Source: Patellaria atrata CBS 101060
Lineage: Eukaryota
Reading direction: 5' to 3'
Assembly: GCA_010093705.1 (NCBI GenBank)
Contig: MU006101.1
Location: forward strand, 347,614-411,613
DNA length: 64,000 nucleotides
Positions 51,903 through 64,000 of this stretch are shown piece by piece. Below the pieces are notes generated by a model that did no database searches, had not been told where the DNA came from, and saw nothing but the letters and a program-made list of their open reading frames with translations. A program made the translations under genes and the position numbers. How positions within the stretch are numbered: the first letter of the stretch is position 1; every line of letters begins with the position of its first letter.

Positions 51903-52478
51903 GGTTCCAGCACAAGTAACACTGCAAGCACGGAGCTTTCTATATGTGAATTCGATAGTCTAAATTGGGTAACTATGTGAAATCTATTGCAGAGAATTCA
52001 CTCCATGAGCTAGTGCAATAATATGACTTAGTGACAGTCGACTGAGAATACGGCGAAGGAAGAGGAAGAAGAAGAGTAGGAGAGCGCGTCTGTTGTACTG
52101 CAGCTGAGCAAAGCTGAAGGTAAGGTCTGGACAAGGACAATGCGACGAAGGAGGAATACAAGGAAAGACTCCTTCTTATACAGTATGAGTACTGCAACTG
52201 AGAAAGGCTAGTGAGGGGTTTGATCTGCGAGTAAAACCAATAGAAGGATCTCGAGCCGATGGGGCAAACATTGAGTGCATATGTACTTTCTAGGTGTTTG
52301 ATTAAGACTCTGGAACTGAAGAAATGGAACGAAATTCTTTATAATTCCAGCATCAGCAATCAAGATCCAGCGTCTTAGCGATTATTTTGAGCAAGATTCT
52401 TTGCTTACTCCTGTACGTGAAAACTCTTAGACGGAGAATGCTTAATATAGAGATCTGCGAGTAGCCGCCCGTAGAGTT

Positions 52479-53780
52479 CTACTGTACCAATGGAACGTCA
52501 TCATAGTCCTTTCTCAAAAACAGCTTTGCCTTATCTAGTCCTCCCTTTAAGGATTCTGTGGCGCAGCAGTAACCTATTCTTATGTATCCCTTGAACTCCT
52601 TTCCGAAGCACTCATCTCCTGGAGCAAAAAGAACTCCAAATTTCTCCAGTAATGTTTTACAGAATGCTGTTGAATCTACTGGTATCCCGTCACGGTGGAA
52701 TTTCACAAATGCTGTGGTCCCTGCTACTGGTTTGACCCATTCGCAAATGTCATCATGCTTTATGATAAACTTTTCGAGTAAATCTTTGTTAGTCTTAGCG
52801 ATTTGGAGATTCCGTGCAAGTAGATTATGCACCGTAGATTGGCTTAGCGCAAATGCCGCCACTTGATCGTTCAGTTGGCCTACTGAGATCGTAGTATAGT
52901 CTCTGGCATGGGCGCATTGATCGATGATATCGTGGTCCCTGGAAGCAATCCAGCCTACACGAAGTCCTGCCATAGAATATGCTTTGCTCATGGATCCCGT
53001 CGCAATAGCCTTCTTGTACCCCATGCTGAGGATGCTTGGTGGAAATTCTGCGTCCATTGGCGTGATTCCATGGAAAAGTGGTCGGTATACCTCGTCTGCT
53101 AGAATATATATGTCATGCTCCGTTGCAATATCGACGATCTGTTGAAGGAACGACTTTTTTAAGACGGCCCCTGTGGGGTTGTTGGGGTTGCTACCCTCAT
53201 GTTAGTACTCTGGTTTCACAACTACTCCCGATACATACTTAATAATGATGAGCTTGGTATTCGGTTTGATCAACATCTTCAATTCTTCAACGTCGAGGAT
53301 CCAATCACTCTCTTCCTTCGCCTTCCAGAGATCAACTTCAGCACCTAGAGACTTTGGAACTTCATAAAGTTGTTGATACGTCGGATAGTGACATATAACA
53401 TGGTCCTCAGGTCCAGTCAGCGTGTAGAGCAATAGATAGTTCGCTGATATCGCCCCAGGTGTAATCAGAACGTTCTCCTTTGGTAGTGGTATGGCAACTT
53501 TGGAAGAGTAAAGCCTTGCAAGGTTCCCGCGTAGTGTGTCTGACCCTCGTATCTCGCCATAGTCAAGTCGTTTGGCGAGTTGGATAATGTTACCTGACTT
53601 GTCTTCTGAGAGATCAATCAATTCTTGAACAGATATCGAAGAACAGCACGTTTCTCCAAGGTCAAAGTTGCAGCCTGGTTGGTACTTGTCCATCCACTAT
53701 CCAACGGATTAATATCAATATTTGATGGATTTGCCTTTGTTACTGACTTGTTCGATAGCAAAAGGTTTAATCTTAACCAT
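52479..53780 (-). CDS. PLP-dependent aminotransferase class I/II
   Basis: MVKIKPFAIEQWMD, LDYGEIRGS, NNPNNPTG, ADEVYRPL, GSMSKAYSMAGLRVGW; two introns. Confidence 0.93.
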
Positions 53781-54424
53781 GTTGATCTTGGTAAATAGTT
53801 TCTATTTGTGAAATGTTCAACACTGTACGATGAAAAGCAACGCGGTCGTCAACTTAGGGCAATAGAATAGCCCAAATACTCATATATAAATATTATACAT
53901 GCAACTACATGAATGCTCAAAGGGCGTGCAGAAGCGGAGCATCCACGGGGAAACCCAGTTAGAACTAGGAGGTCTTCTCACTAGTACCTTCTGTTACATG
54001 TACCAAAATGGGCCCCTCTTTAATTAACTTGTAAGTGTAAGTAAAACTTTATCAGATAGTCTTCAAGCGATGTTCATCTTCAAGGTCTATAACGATAGGT
54101 CAGGAATTCAAAGACCTGCCTAAATCGGCTAAATCTAAGCTGATGTTGCGGAGGACGGTGACCCTTGCCCGCAAAGAAGCCCCAGCCCCTCCCAGAGCTA
54201 TCATCACCATCACTCCGACTCCATTACCTTCTTGAGACGCTATTAACGCGTTAAATGATCATTTGCACCTTTCAACTTCGGGTCTATATATCTACCATCA
54301 CTTTCTACGACCTGATCGCTTGATAGTTAATGTCGCCGCCGATGTCCCGATAGAGGAATCACCTTCCCGTCCACCAGCCATCTCAGATACCCGCCCCCGA
54401 TCGCATTCTCGTTAGAGCTCCGCA

Positions 54425-57400
54425 ATGCGCTATTCATTTCGGTCGTTACATTCGTTAGCAGCTACCATAGCTTTTTCGTACCTTTCTAGAGCTCATAGCA
54501 CGTTTTCGAACCTCTCAAGCGCCGACTTGCTTGATCAGGATCCCTTCTCAATCTATCGCGAGGATCGACCTGACGGATGTCCTCCTTGTTTCAACTGTAA
54601 TCTCGAGGACTTTAAATGTCACCAGTTCGCAAAATGTAGCAGAGCGAATGGGAGATGTGTCTGCCCACCTGGCTTCGGTGGCGATGATTGCTCTGATCCC
54701 GTTTGTGGAGCTCTGTCGGATGGTAAAGATAGGTCGCCTAGGAAGGGTAAACAATGCAACTGCAAAGAGGGCTGGGAAGGGATCAACTGCAATGTTTGCA
54801 CATCAAATCAAGCATGTCGAGCATTTGTCCCAGAAGGTGTGGAGGCAGTATGCTACAAAGAAGGGGTGGCTGTTGAAGAGAACTATCAGATATGCAACGT
54901 AACGAATAGAAAGATTCTGGATCAGTTAAAAGAGCAAAAGCCTCAGGTAACATTCTCCTGCAATTCGGAGACAGAAGAATGCAATTTCCAATGTAAGATT
55001 ACTCTATCCCCTAAAATCAAACGTATCCTGATATCTTCAAAGTCTGGGTGGATCAAAAGGAATCCTTCTACTGCGGCCTGGATACTTGTACTTGGAGTGG
55101 AACTCACGAGTCCTACCGTAATACTACAAATTACCGGTGTGACAACATATCATGCCGATGTATACCTGGTCGCATGCTCTGTGGAGCGGATGGGTCAATC
55201 GATATATCCGATTTTTTAGTTCAGGATATCAAGGGCCCAGCTACCTTCTCCTCGATATCAACAGAGGGTGGAAGCGCCGAAGATGGCAGCAAATTTTCAG
55301 AACCAGCCATGAATGACCTAATATCTAGCATTTTCGGCGACGAGACTATAACCTTGACTTGTCGGTCAGGCGAATGCTTACCTCTTCAGGATGTCCCCGG
55401 TTACCAAAGACCAGTCAAGAAGATCAATACACCATTGATAGCAGGAGTTATTGCTGGATGTGCTTTGTTTATTGTTTTTGTTGTCCTGATCATCTGGTAC
55501 TTGTCACGAAGGGCTGCAAGGAGAGGATGGGGCCCGATCCATCTTTCCGACGATGAGGATGAGGAAACTGCCAAATTGCTTGCGGATCACAAACCTGCAG
55601 CCCTCTATTTTGAGAATGTGTCTTACAACCTCAATGGTAAACAAATTCTGCACGGGATCCAAGGAGCTGTCCGCCCTGGCGAGATTATGGCTATTATGGG
55701 CGCATCTGGCGCGGGCAAAACAACTTTCCTTGATATTCTTGCTCGTAAGAATAAGCGTGGTTCAACACAGGGCGATTTCTTTGTTAATGGGGAAAAAATA
55801 CCCGACGACGAGTTCCGAAGCGTCATTGGTTTCGTTGACCAGGAAGATAACATGTTGCCGACTCTAACTGTCCATGAAACTATCCTCGACTCGGCCAGAC
55901 TTCGACTACCAAGAGAGATGAGTTTAGCTGCAAAAGAGCAAAAGGTTGAGGATGTTGAGAAACAGCTTGGCATTTATCACATCAGACATCAGATTATCGG
56001 GTCTGAAGAAGGTAGCGGTCGCGGTATTTCTGGTGGCGAAAAAAGAAGAGTTGGTATTGCATGCGAGCTGGTTACAAGTCCAAGTATACTGTTCCTAGAT
56101 GAGCCAACAAGTGGACTCGATGCATACAATGCATTCAATGTCGTCGAAAGTTTGGTACATCTAGTCAAGACATACCATCGGACCGTCGTCTTCACCATTC
56201 ATCAACCCAGATCGAATATTGTGGCCCTTTTCGACGAGCTCATTCTTCTTGCTAAAGGCAGGGCTGTTTATTCCGGACCCTTTTCAACCTGTCAAGCTTA
56301 CTTTGATCATATTGGCTATTCTTGCCCTCCGGGTTTCAATATTGCTGACTACCTAGTGGATTTGACAATGCATGCGGGCACTGCTCGCTCGCCTATGGAT
56401 GATAGCGAGATCTTCGGGAACCGGGATGGACTGCGAACAAGCGCAAGCAGTGCCGTTGCTGTAAAATCTGTTCCCAGCCTTTCTAACGCGAGCGTGGGAC
56501 CTGATAGTGTGGGCAGCCCGAGCAACTCTAGCGTACGATTACCAAATCGACGCAGGACTTCTATCAAACACAAACAAGCGCAATGGCTATTTGAAAGAAA
56601 GAAGAGCAATATACCTGAACCGAGCACACCGAAGACGGATGACGAACAATCATTCCTCGACAGTACTCCGGATGGTGCAACTCACCTGTTAAGACTGCCC
56701 AACCGAGGCGGTATACCTCCACCTCAAATACTTGACGATCCAGATCAGCTTCCTCCACCAGCAAATGGCGGTACTGGAACTGATCTCGATGGTCTAATCG
56801 ACAGCTACTCGAAATCGGATGTTGCACGCTCTCTTCACGACGACATGCACCGGGCCATATCGGAGGCGAATTCAGCTAATGGCGAACCTAACGGTGGTGC
56901 TAATGGCCAAGTTCCTGCTGGCGGAATGAAGGGCTATCGTAAGGTTGGATGGTTGGGGCAGTTCAGAATCCTCTCCGTTCGCACATGGCGTAACCTGTAC
57001 AGAAACCCAATGCTTATGCTCACACACTATGCCATCGCAATTCTGCTGGCCGTTCTCGTTGGATTCCTATTCTACGGACTTACCGATGATATTGCGGGGT
57101 TCCAGAATCGACTTGGTCTCTTCTTCTTCATGCTTGCACTATTTGGTTTTAGCACATTGACGAGCTTGACGGTTTTTGCACCCGAGCGGCTACTCTTCGT
57201 TCGAGAGCGAGCCAAAGGATACTACTCTCCGGTTTCGTATTTCGCAGCCAAGGTCATATTTGACATCGTACCTTTACGTCTCATTCCACCGATCATCATG
57301 GGCGCAATCGTGTATCCCATGACTGGCCTCATTCCTGCTTGGCCCGAATTCCTCAAATTTATCCTATTCCTCGTACTATTTAACCTTGCAGCAGCAGCGA

Positions 57401-57833
57401 TATGCCTATTCCTTGGTATTGTTTTCAAAAATGGTGGCGTTGCGAATCTTATGGGCAGTTTAGTCATGCTATTTAGCTTGCTATTCGGCGGCTTCTTGCT
57501 CAACCACAATACCATTCCTTCCGCAGCACTTTGGTTGCAGAAGGTGAGTGTTTCGAATACCCAGAGCGTATAACGCATATACTGATGAACTCATAGCTTT
57601 CTATCTTCCACTACGGTTTCGAGGGCTTGATTGTTAATGAAGTCAAGTACTTGTCACTTGTTGACAGGAAGTATGGTCTGGATATTGAGGTACCCGGTTC
57701 CGCCATCCTCTCGTCTTTCGGATTCAACGTGTTAGCCCTTTGGCGCGATGCTATCGGTCTAGCAGTCTTCTGCGGTGTTTTCATCGTCTTAGCTTATGCA
57801 GCAATGCATTTCCTACTAGTTGAGAGACGCTAG
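54425..57833 (+). CDS. ADP1: ABCG half-transporter with N-terminal EGF-like Cys-rich luminal domain
   Basis: [48 protein letters not shown]2-type membrane domain; two introns. Confidence 0.95.
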
Positions 57834-58357
57834 AGCGAGGCCACTGTAATTGGTATAGGAAGTCCTTGAGGCAGTTAGCCGTGAATGTACTGTACATACT
57901 TTTCAGATGCTGAGGTTAAGGGATCTCTCAACCGGACGACACTTTGTATTCCTCTTCCTTAAACGGCGCCTGGTTACTAGATTTGCATCCATGCGGCGCT
58001 ATGTACTAGTGTAGGAATATGTTCGTCGTTGTTCATATTTTATAGAGGCTACAGATATAAATTTCACTATGAAACCGTTCGTCTAGCCGTATACTATCTC
58101 ACGAAACTCTTCTATTTGCAAGGATATGTACCTAACAGTTGCTTTTACGCTGCAAAATAAGTACAAAGCCATAGGTATACATACCGTAGTAATCCTAACT
58201 GTTCAACCTTTTACCCCTCATCCTAGTTGATGTTGCTCGGATCAGACCCTGCCCATCGCGTCAAATTTCCCACGACGCGTCTTCCCCTCGAACTCTCCCA
58301 TACTCCTCACGATATCATACTGTATATGCTGTCAATTGAACACGAAATATATTTACA

Positions 58358-59508
58358 ATGTCCTCCACTGAAGTCGTCCGAAAGCGTGGTCGCCCTAAAA
58401 AGGCCATAGCAACGTCCAATGCGGATGCGCAACAGCAGGAAGTCCCAGAGATGAAAGCTGAAGTTGCGCCGAAAAAGAAGGGGAGAAAGCCAAAAGTCCC
58501 CAGCATCGAAGAAGTTCAAGAGAAAGCTGAGGAGGTCTTCAAATTAGTGAAAGCAACATCAACGAGCAAACGGGGAAAAGGGAAAGCCATGGAACAAGAG
58601 TCCGTAGTTGAGGCTTCATCTCCCTCTACGTCAAAAAGAAAGGGACCGGTGAAAGCAATTGAGAGCACAGGCATACCTACACCAGAACGGTCTGAACCCA
58701 GTAAAGAGGCTCTCATGATACCTCAATCACAGTCGAGAATCCTCCAAGCCCTTGTAGCGTCTAAGAGGTCACAGGATCCGCAAAAGTTAAGGTTAAGGAG
58801 CCCGCCACTTTCTCCACAGACACCTCCGATAGTCCGAAATGCGAGGAATTGTTCAGATCAATCCCTAAAGAGTACAACAATACCACCTCAGCCTGCTCCA
58901 CCGTCTGCGTGCGCAGCTGCCTTATCCCCGACACCATTCTCCATACCGCACCCTCTACCATCTCTCTCCCTTTCCTCCACGCCCGCCCTCCTGGCAAAAT
59001 CAACCGCCCAATTCGCAAATACTAAATCAACAAGTTCGCCCTCTCCCTCTAAAACTCCCCCCTTGCCAACCACAACGCAAAAAACCCCACAGCCACCCCT
59101 GAAACCCTACTCCCCCAAATCTCCACAACAACCACCCGTTCCGCCCGAAAAGCTCGCACCGAAACTCCCTTCGCTAGGTGAAGTAAATCGGATAGCGGTA
59201 TCCCAGCAGTCGAAGCGTCCGTTGCGGCCGGGGACGGAAGAGTACAAAGCGGCGTACAAGAGCGCGACGAGGAAGTGGACGGGATTGGTTGTTGCGTTGC
59301 CCATCGTAGCGGTTACGAGTTACGTGTTATATGAGCGATGTAAGTTTATCCCCCCTGCTCTCCATTTCTACGTTTGTGGTAGAACATAGTAAGGAGGTTG
59401 CTGATTTTTGAAGTGCTTCTGGGGCAGGATAACGCACTTTCGAGTATCGGCATCGTGGGGAGTCAGAAGGATGGGAAGTGTGGTGATGGGGATTCAGCTG
59501 ATTCGTGA
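58358..59508 (+). CDS. Hypothetical protein: N-terminal AT-hook, Pro/Ser-rich linker, C-terminal TM helix
   Basis: KRGRPKK; YKSATRKWTGLVVALPIVAVTSYVLYERL; intron 59340-59413. Confidence 0.7.
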
Positions 59509-60386
59509 TATCGGACGTAGCCTGTTTCCGAGGGGAGGGGAACGGTTCTTTTTGGGGAGGGGGGAAAGGGGTAATGTATATATGATTGATGATCGATGCG
59601 GAATATGTTGACATGTATTGTACAGTCCCACGTCTTCCGGAAAATAATTTCTTCAGATCGATAAATTATCGAAACAGTTGAATTGGTATGCGCTTCTTCG
59701 CGGAATCCAACGACTTGGTCATCGTCTCTTTGCTCTCCGCGAAGGTATACGTGCTTCGAGGGATAACCTCGATACCTGGTTGGAGCAATGCTATATGTGT
59801 ATGCCGCCGATCCTGTCGTTGTTGATGCTAGGGTCATGAAATACGAACCATCCTATCTTTAGGGTATCAGATGAGATATTAACCCTCGGTATATCAATCT
59901 CCCTCTCTACCTAACCCCTTCCTTGTCCTTGATTTATACTCCCGGCTTCAACACACCCAAACACCTCGACTGGGCCATCCTCTCTAACTAGTCTCCCTAC
60001 CTTACCCATATCCAGACTCGATGAGACCTCTGCATCTGCACAATTCAAAGTACGGATCCACATGCCTAACGCATCGGAACCACTGCATCAGACGCTGTAC
60101 CCCCGGTTATTTCTCCGGTTTCGGGGTCTTACATCGTGGGGTGGGCTGTTGTATGCGGGTTAAGTTGCTGTAAGGTCCGAGTTGCGGGAATGTTATTAGG
60201 TATGTATAGATATTTGATGTTTGGATGGTAGATATGGGGATCCGGAGATATGTAACAATGGGGACGAGGTACAAATATGCAGTACAAGGACCGAGAAATG
60301 CGGATATCGTATAGAGAGAAGCGGGAAGGGGTGATATGACAAATAACGCACAATGATCAACTTGATATATTACTATTAATCTTAAA

Positions 60387-60404
60387 CCCCCCCCCCCCCC
60401 CCCC
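60387..60404. repeat. C18 homopolymer (G18 in the DPP4 3' UTR)
   Basis: Direct reading. Confidence 0.9.
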
Positions 60405-60445
60405 TTCTCTTCCCCCCCTTCTTTCCCCTCAACCGCACAAATCCC

Positions 60446-62833
60446 CTACAAGATCCCCTTCTCCCTCGCCCACCTCACACCCACCGATTCCTCCTCAACC
60501 CTCCTCCTACTCCACTGATGTCCCCCTCCTTCCCCCTCCCTATGTTTCTCCTCAAACAACCTAATACTCAACTGTCTATACAAAAAGTTATTCCCACCAT
60601 TATAAACGATACTATGATCCGAATCCGTGAACCACTGGACCTGGACCTTCTCGGGGCTAACCCCCTCCCCGACTAGCAGATCCACCAACGCAGCCGAGTT
60701 CTGGAAGTGCACGTTGTCGTCTCCGGTACCATGCTGGATCAGCACGCCGCCGGCAATGTTCTTGAAGCCGGCGGTGCTGTGCACGGCCCCGGTGGTGTAA
60801 CCTTCTGCGTTAGAGTCGTTGGTTGGGAGCTTCATGTAGCGCTCCGTGTACATGGAGTCATAGAGGCGCCAGTCGCTGACGGGAGCGGTGATGAGGGCGA
60901 GGGAGATGGCGGGGGAATCCAGCTCGACGACTTTGGCGGAGAGGTAGCCGCCGAAGCTCCAGCCGAAGATGCCGACGTGCGCGGTGTCGATCCAGGAATG
61001 CGTCTCGGCGAAATGCTGCGCGGCCCATACTTGGTCTTGGGCTTCGAGGGTGCCGAGGCGGCTGGCGACTTGGGAACGGAAGGCGCGGCCTTTGTACCCT
61101 GTGCCGCGGTTATCGACGGTGAGGGTAGCGTATTCGAGATCGGGGTCCGAGGTTATGTAGGCTTTCCAGTTCAGCTGCTGGAAGTTCTTTGTTACTTCTT
61201 GAGCGCCGGGGCCGCCGTAGGGGATGAGGAGCAGCGGGTACTTTTTGCTGGGGTCGAAGTTGGGGGGTTGGCGGAGCATGGCATTGAGGGTGTAGCCGTC
61301 GGGGTGTTGGAGTTCGAGGTACGTGATGTTTGGGAGGTTGTACGTCTGAAGGAGATTGTATAGGCGCGCGTTGCTTGTCAGGGTGCGGATAGGGGTGTTT
61401 GTCGAGTTGATGCTATAAAGCTCCTGGTAGGGAACGTCGGGCCCGAGATAACTGAGCACATAGTAGCCGCCTTGCGAGGAGAAAGAAGCGGTCCAGGAGG
61501 CAGATACGGCATCATCCACAAGGGCCGTCTTGGTAAAGTCTTTATACGAAACGGAGTATACGTGAGATTCGGTGCTATGGTGTTCAGTGGAGCGATAATA
61601 GATCAGACCGCGGGTGGTATCGATCTTCAAGATTGCCCGGACCTCCCATTCACCTGTGGTTAAGGGAATGGGTTTGCCTCCTAGTACTGGAAACAGGTAG
61701 ATATGGGTCCAACCAGATTCATCTGAGATATCAACGTAGTATGTGCTACTATTGAATCCACGGGTTACGTTCGATGCAACACTTCCCACGTAAGAGATGG
61801 CAATGTTATTATCCAGCCAGCCATCAGTCCCATCCCGAGTGCGGACTTCCGTAGAGGAGCCACCCGCAGTGGCGTATGTGACTAGAACCTCGTGGTCCTG
61901 AACTCGATTAAAAGCTCGATAGATGAGATGGGAATGATCATCTGTAACCCAGGCTACCTCTCCAATAATCAGGTCTTCTGGTTCAAATGCAGTCACCGGG
62001 ATAGTGCTGATTGAGAGATCTTCAAGCGTCAGAAGATAGACCGCGACCGTGGGATTCTTTGCTCCAACCTTTGGATATCTGATATCCAACTCAAAAGGAT
62101 ATGAAGGCGCATGTTTCTGGCCATGCATATAGTATGGAACGGTATATGTGGGAACACCTGTCTCGTTGAAGCTCAGATAGGCCAGATACTCGCCGTCAGG
62201 AGAGTACCAGAGAGTGTATCGATCACCAAATATTTCCTCTTCGTACACCCAGTCTGGAACACCATTGAATAAATCTGGACCTCCATCTTCTGTGACGCGA
62301 GTGACTTCACCACTATTCCAGATGTAGATGTCGTTTCCACGCACAAAAGCAATTTGGTCCTCTACAGGATTCCAAGTCGCATACTGGATGTCCCCCACTT
62401 GGTCTGCAACAAGCGGTTCGGTCGTTCCCGTCTCGCGATCATAAATTAGGTAGTCGGCAAAGTAGGAATGACGGTATTGTTTGGTGTAATTTACGGAGAA
62501 CAGAACTTTGCTCAGATCTGGCTTGATCCAGTATTCCCAGTAATCTGCTGGTAGCTGATCGGCTGGGACGAATGTTTCGTTTTCGCCTGTAACTATACTC
62601 TCGAGCACCAATGCGCCTGCGGTTGAGACGTAGACGAACTGACCATCCTCTTCGGTAGCTGCCCAGTCAAAGGCAGCAGAAGATGCCCTGAAGACTCCCG
62701 GGCTAGCTGTCGTCTGATTGTAGTCTAGGATCTTTGTGCCGTTACCCAGCGGTTGGTGAGGGACGCGTGGTGGTTCAATTGCACAAACCCCGCTTAGGAG
62801 AAGTAGCGAAGACAGAACAACAGAAGACAACAT
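60446..62833 (-). CDS. DPP4: Secreted dipeptidyl peptidase IV (S9B), intronless
   Basis: Signal peptide [25 protein letters not shown]; catalytic [18 protein letters not shown]. Confidence 0.95.
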   Translation of the reverse strand: MLSSVVLSSLLLLSGVCAIEPPRVPHQPLGNGTKILDYNQTTASPGVFRASSAAFDWAATEEDGQFVYVSTAGALVLESIVTGENETFVPADQLPADYWEYWIKPDLSKVLFSVNYTKQYRHSYFADYLIYDRETGTTEPLVADQVGDIQYATWNPVEDQIAFVRGNDIYIWNSGEVTRVTEDGGPDLFNGVPDWVYEEEIFGDRYTLWYSPDGEYLAYLSFNETGVPTYTVPYYMHGQKHAPSYPFELDIRYPKVGAKNPTVAVYLLTLEDLSISTIPVTAFEPEDLIIGEVAWVTDDHSHLIYRAFNRVQDHEVLVTYATAGGSSTEVRTRDGTDGWLDNNIAISYVGSVASNVTRGFNSSTYYVDISDESGWTHIYLFPVLGGKPIPLTTGEWEVRAILKIDTTRGLIYYRSTEHHSTESHVYSVSYKDFTKTALVDDAVSASWTASFSSQGGYYVLSYLGPDVPYQELYSINSTNTPIRTLTSNARLYNLLQTYNLPNITYLELQHPDGYTLNAMLRQPPNFDPSKKYPLLLIPYGGPGAQEVTKNFQQLNWKAYITSDPDLEYATLTVDNRGTGYKGRAFRSQVASRLGTLEAQDQVWAAQHFAETHSWIDTAHVGIFGWSFGGYLSAKVVELDSPAISLALITAPVSDWRLYDSMYTERYMKLPTNDSNAEGYTTGAVHSTAGFKNIAGGVLIQHGTGDDNVHFQNSAALVDLLVGEGVSPEKVQVQWFTDSDHSIVYNGGNNFLYRQLSIRLFEEKHREGEGGGHQWSRRRVEEESVGVRWAREKGIL

Positions 62834-62980
62834 GTCGACGAGAGAGAAAGGGAATCTACGAACGAACGGCTTCAAAGGAAATTAAGAGCTCTCAAGCTCT
62901 CTTAAATGCGCAACAGACCTTGGGGGTAAATTGCCGGAAGCTCGTCATATCTCAGCGAGTTCGCACGATAGGTACAGGTT

Positions 62981-63020
62981 AGGTGCAGGTAGGTGCAGGT
63001 AGGTGCAGGTAGGTGCAGGT
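62981..63020. repeat. (AGGTGCAGGT)4 tandem repeat upstream of DPP4
   Basis: Four exact 10-bp units plus degenerate flanking copies. Confidence 0.9.
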
Positions 63021-63586
63021 ACCATAGACCTAGGTGCACAATAATCTGGACTAATAGAGGTGTTGTGAGTGGTGCTGGAAGTCCGAAGTGCTTGCCGCTT
63101 CCCAGAATCCGGGATGGTAATGGCAATCAAGTTCATCATGGCATAGGTGATCTATGGCGGTCTATCTGCATAGAGCAGGTCGTAACTCATATGGATATAC
63201 TAGTGATGCCGGGGTATGAACTCCGCATATCTCGATTAATAGAGTGGCAAGAGGAGTCCAAGATTGCTATAACGTCTTGATATGGCAGTTGACAAGAAAA
63301 CTCCAAGATATCAGGGACAGAAGACCAAGATATCAAGATATCAAGATATCGCTCAATGAGTAAAAGGTAAGGTTGCCGATGATATCCCTCATGCAGCTCC
63401 CGTGAATCCGTGGTGCGCCTTAAACTACGGCTTCGGGAGCGCCTTCTCCTTGAAATTGGCCTCACAGCGATAACCGTTGCCAAGCTGCCGTTATCGGGCT
63501 CATAGCTTATCCGCAGCCATCCACGTGACCTAGCGCGTCAATTCAATGCTCGGGAAATCTCCGGAATCACTCCGGCATACGGAGCT

Positions 63587-63599
63587 ACGCGGTACGCGT
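63587..63599. promoter_or_regulatory. MCB (MluI cell-cycle box) elements upstream of MSH6
   Basis: ACGCG 63587-63591 and ACGCGT 63594-63599, ~115 nt before the ATG of a DNA-repair gene. Confidence 0.5.
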
Positions 63600-63713
63600 T
63601 CACGTCTTCTCAGACCAGGCGTGGCTTATCATCGTACAGGAGAATTTCTTGAGCTTCCCTCAGACGAGACATCACTTCCCCAACCCATTGCAAGCCCATC
63701 ACCATAGTCCACC

Positions 63714-64000
63714 ATGGTTAGAGGTCTCGAGGGAAACGAAATGTCTACTCCTAAACCACCTGCACTTAAGAAATCTTCTTCCTCCACCTCCAAATCGAGC
63801 AAAAACCAGCAATCGATTCTAGGATTCTTCCAAAAGAGAGACACTTCGGATACTCCTGGGCCCAATTCGTCTCCAGAAGAGAGTGTTCTCACAAGAAAGT
63901 CTCTCACACCAGCACTGAAAGCTTCAAAGCTTCCTCAAAAATCTGGTGTCAATTTGACACCAGTTCCTAGCAGTGATGCTATTGAGCCTTCCAGTCCGGT
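63714..64000 (+). CDS. MSH6: Mismatch repair protein Msh6, N-terminus (runs off the window)
   Basis: Open frame MVRGLEGNEMSTPK... with PIP box QQSILGFF and LTPVPSSDAIEPSS, typical of filamentous-fungal Msh6 N-termini; MutS core not visible. Confidence 0.7.
   Translation, partial: MVRGLEGNEMSTPKPPALKKSSSSTSKSSKNQQSILGFFQKRDTSDTPGPNSSPEESVLTRKSLTPALKASKLPQKSGVNLTPVPSSDAIEPSSP

Noticed and set aside
52479..62833. Secondary-metabolite cluster (aminotransferase + ABC transporter + peptidase)
   Set aside because: No PKS, NRPS or terpene backbone gene; ADP1 and DPP4 are ordinary conserved genes

Overview
Intron-containing genomic DNA from a filamentous ascomycete (Pezizomycotina; short GT-AG introns with CTRAY branch sites). 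It carries about 20 conserved genes: APC11 (partial), rhodanese/TUM1, LAA1/HEATR5, TACO1/YebC, PET100, a DHH phosphoesterase, a secreted protein, GLC3, mitochondrial ClpX, ATP2, GPI14, TRAX, a PIN-domain protein, a Mid2-like membrane protein, a WD40/coiled-coil protein, a PLP aminotransferase, ADP1, an AT-hook/TM protein, DPP4 and MSH6 (partial). Three accessory zones stand out. (1) 2-11.5 kb: six co-oriented orphan small membrane-protein genes or pseudogenes with a shared CTATAAA(A) box and several frameshifts. (2) 21-24.7 kb: an unassigned, highly structured Pol III-type RNA gene (A box, B box, long stem, UNCG hairpin, T-runs), followed by a solitary retrotransposon Gag-capsid-like gene with a duplicated C-terminal module and a RecJ-like DHH nuclease with NLS-like and PIP-like motifs. 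(3) 48-52 kb: a patatin-NB-ARC-TPR fungal NLR. All calls come from reading the sequence and recognising motifs; no database search was run and splice sites are manual predictions.
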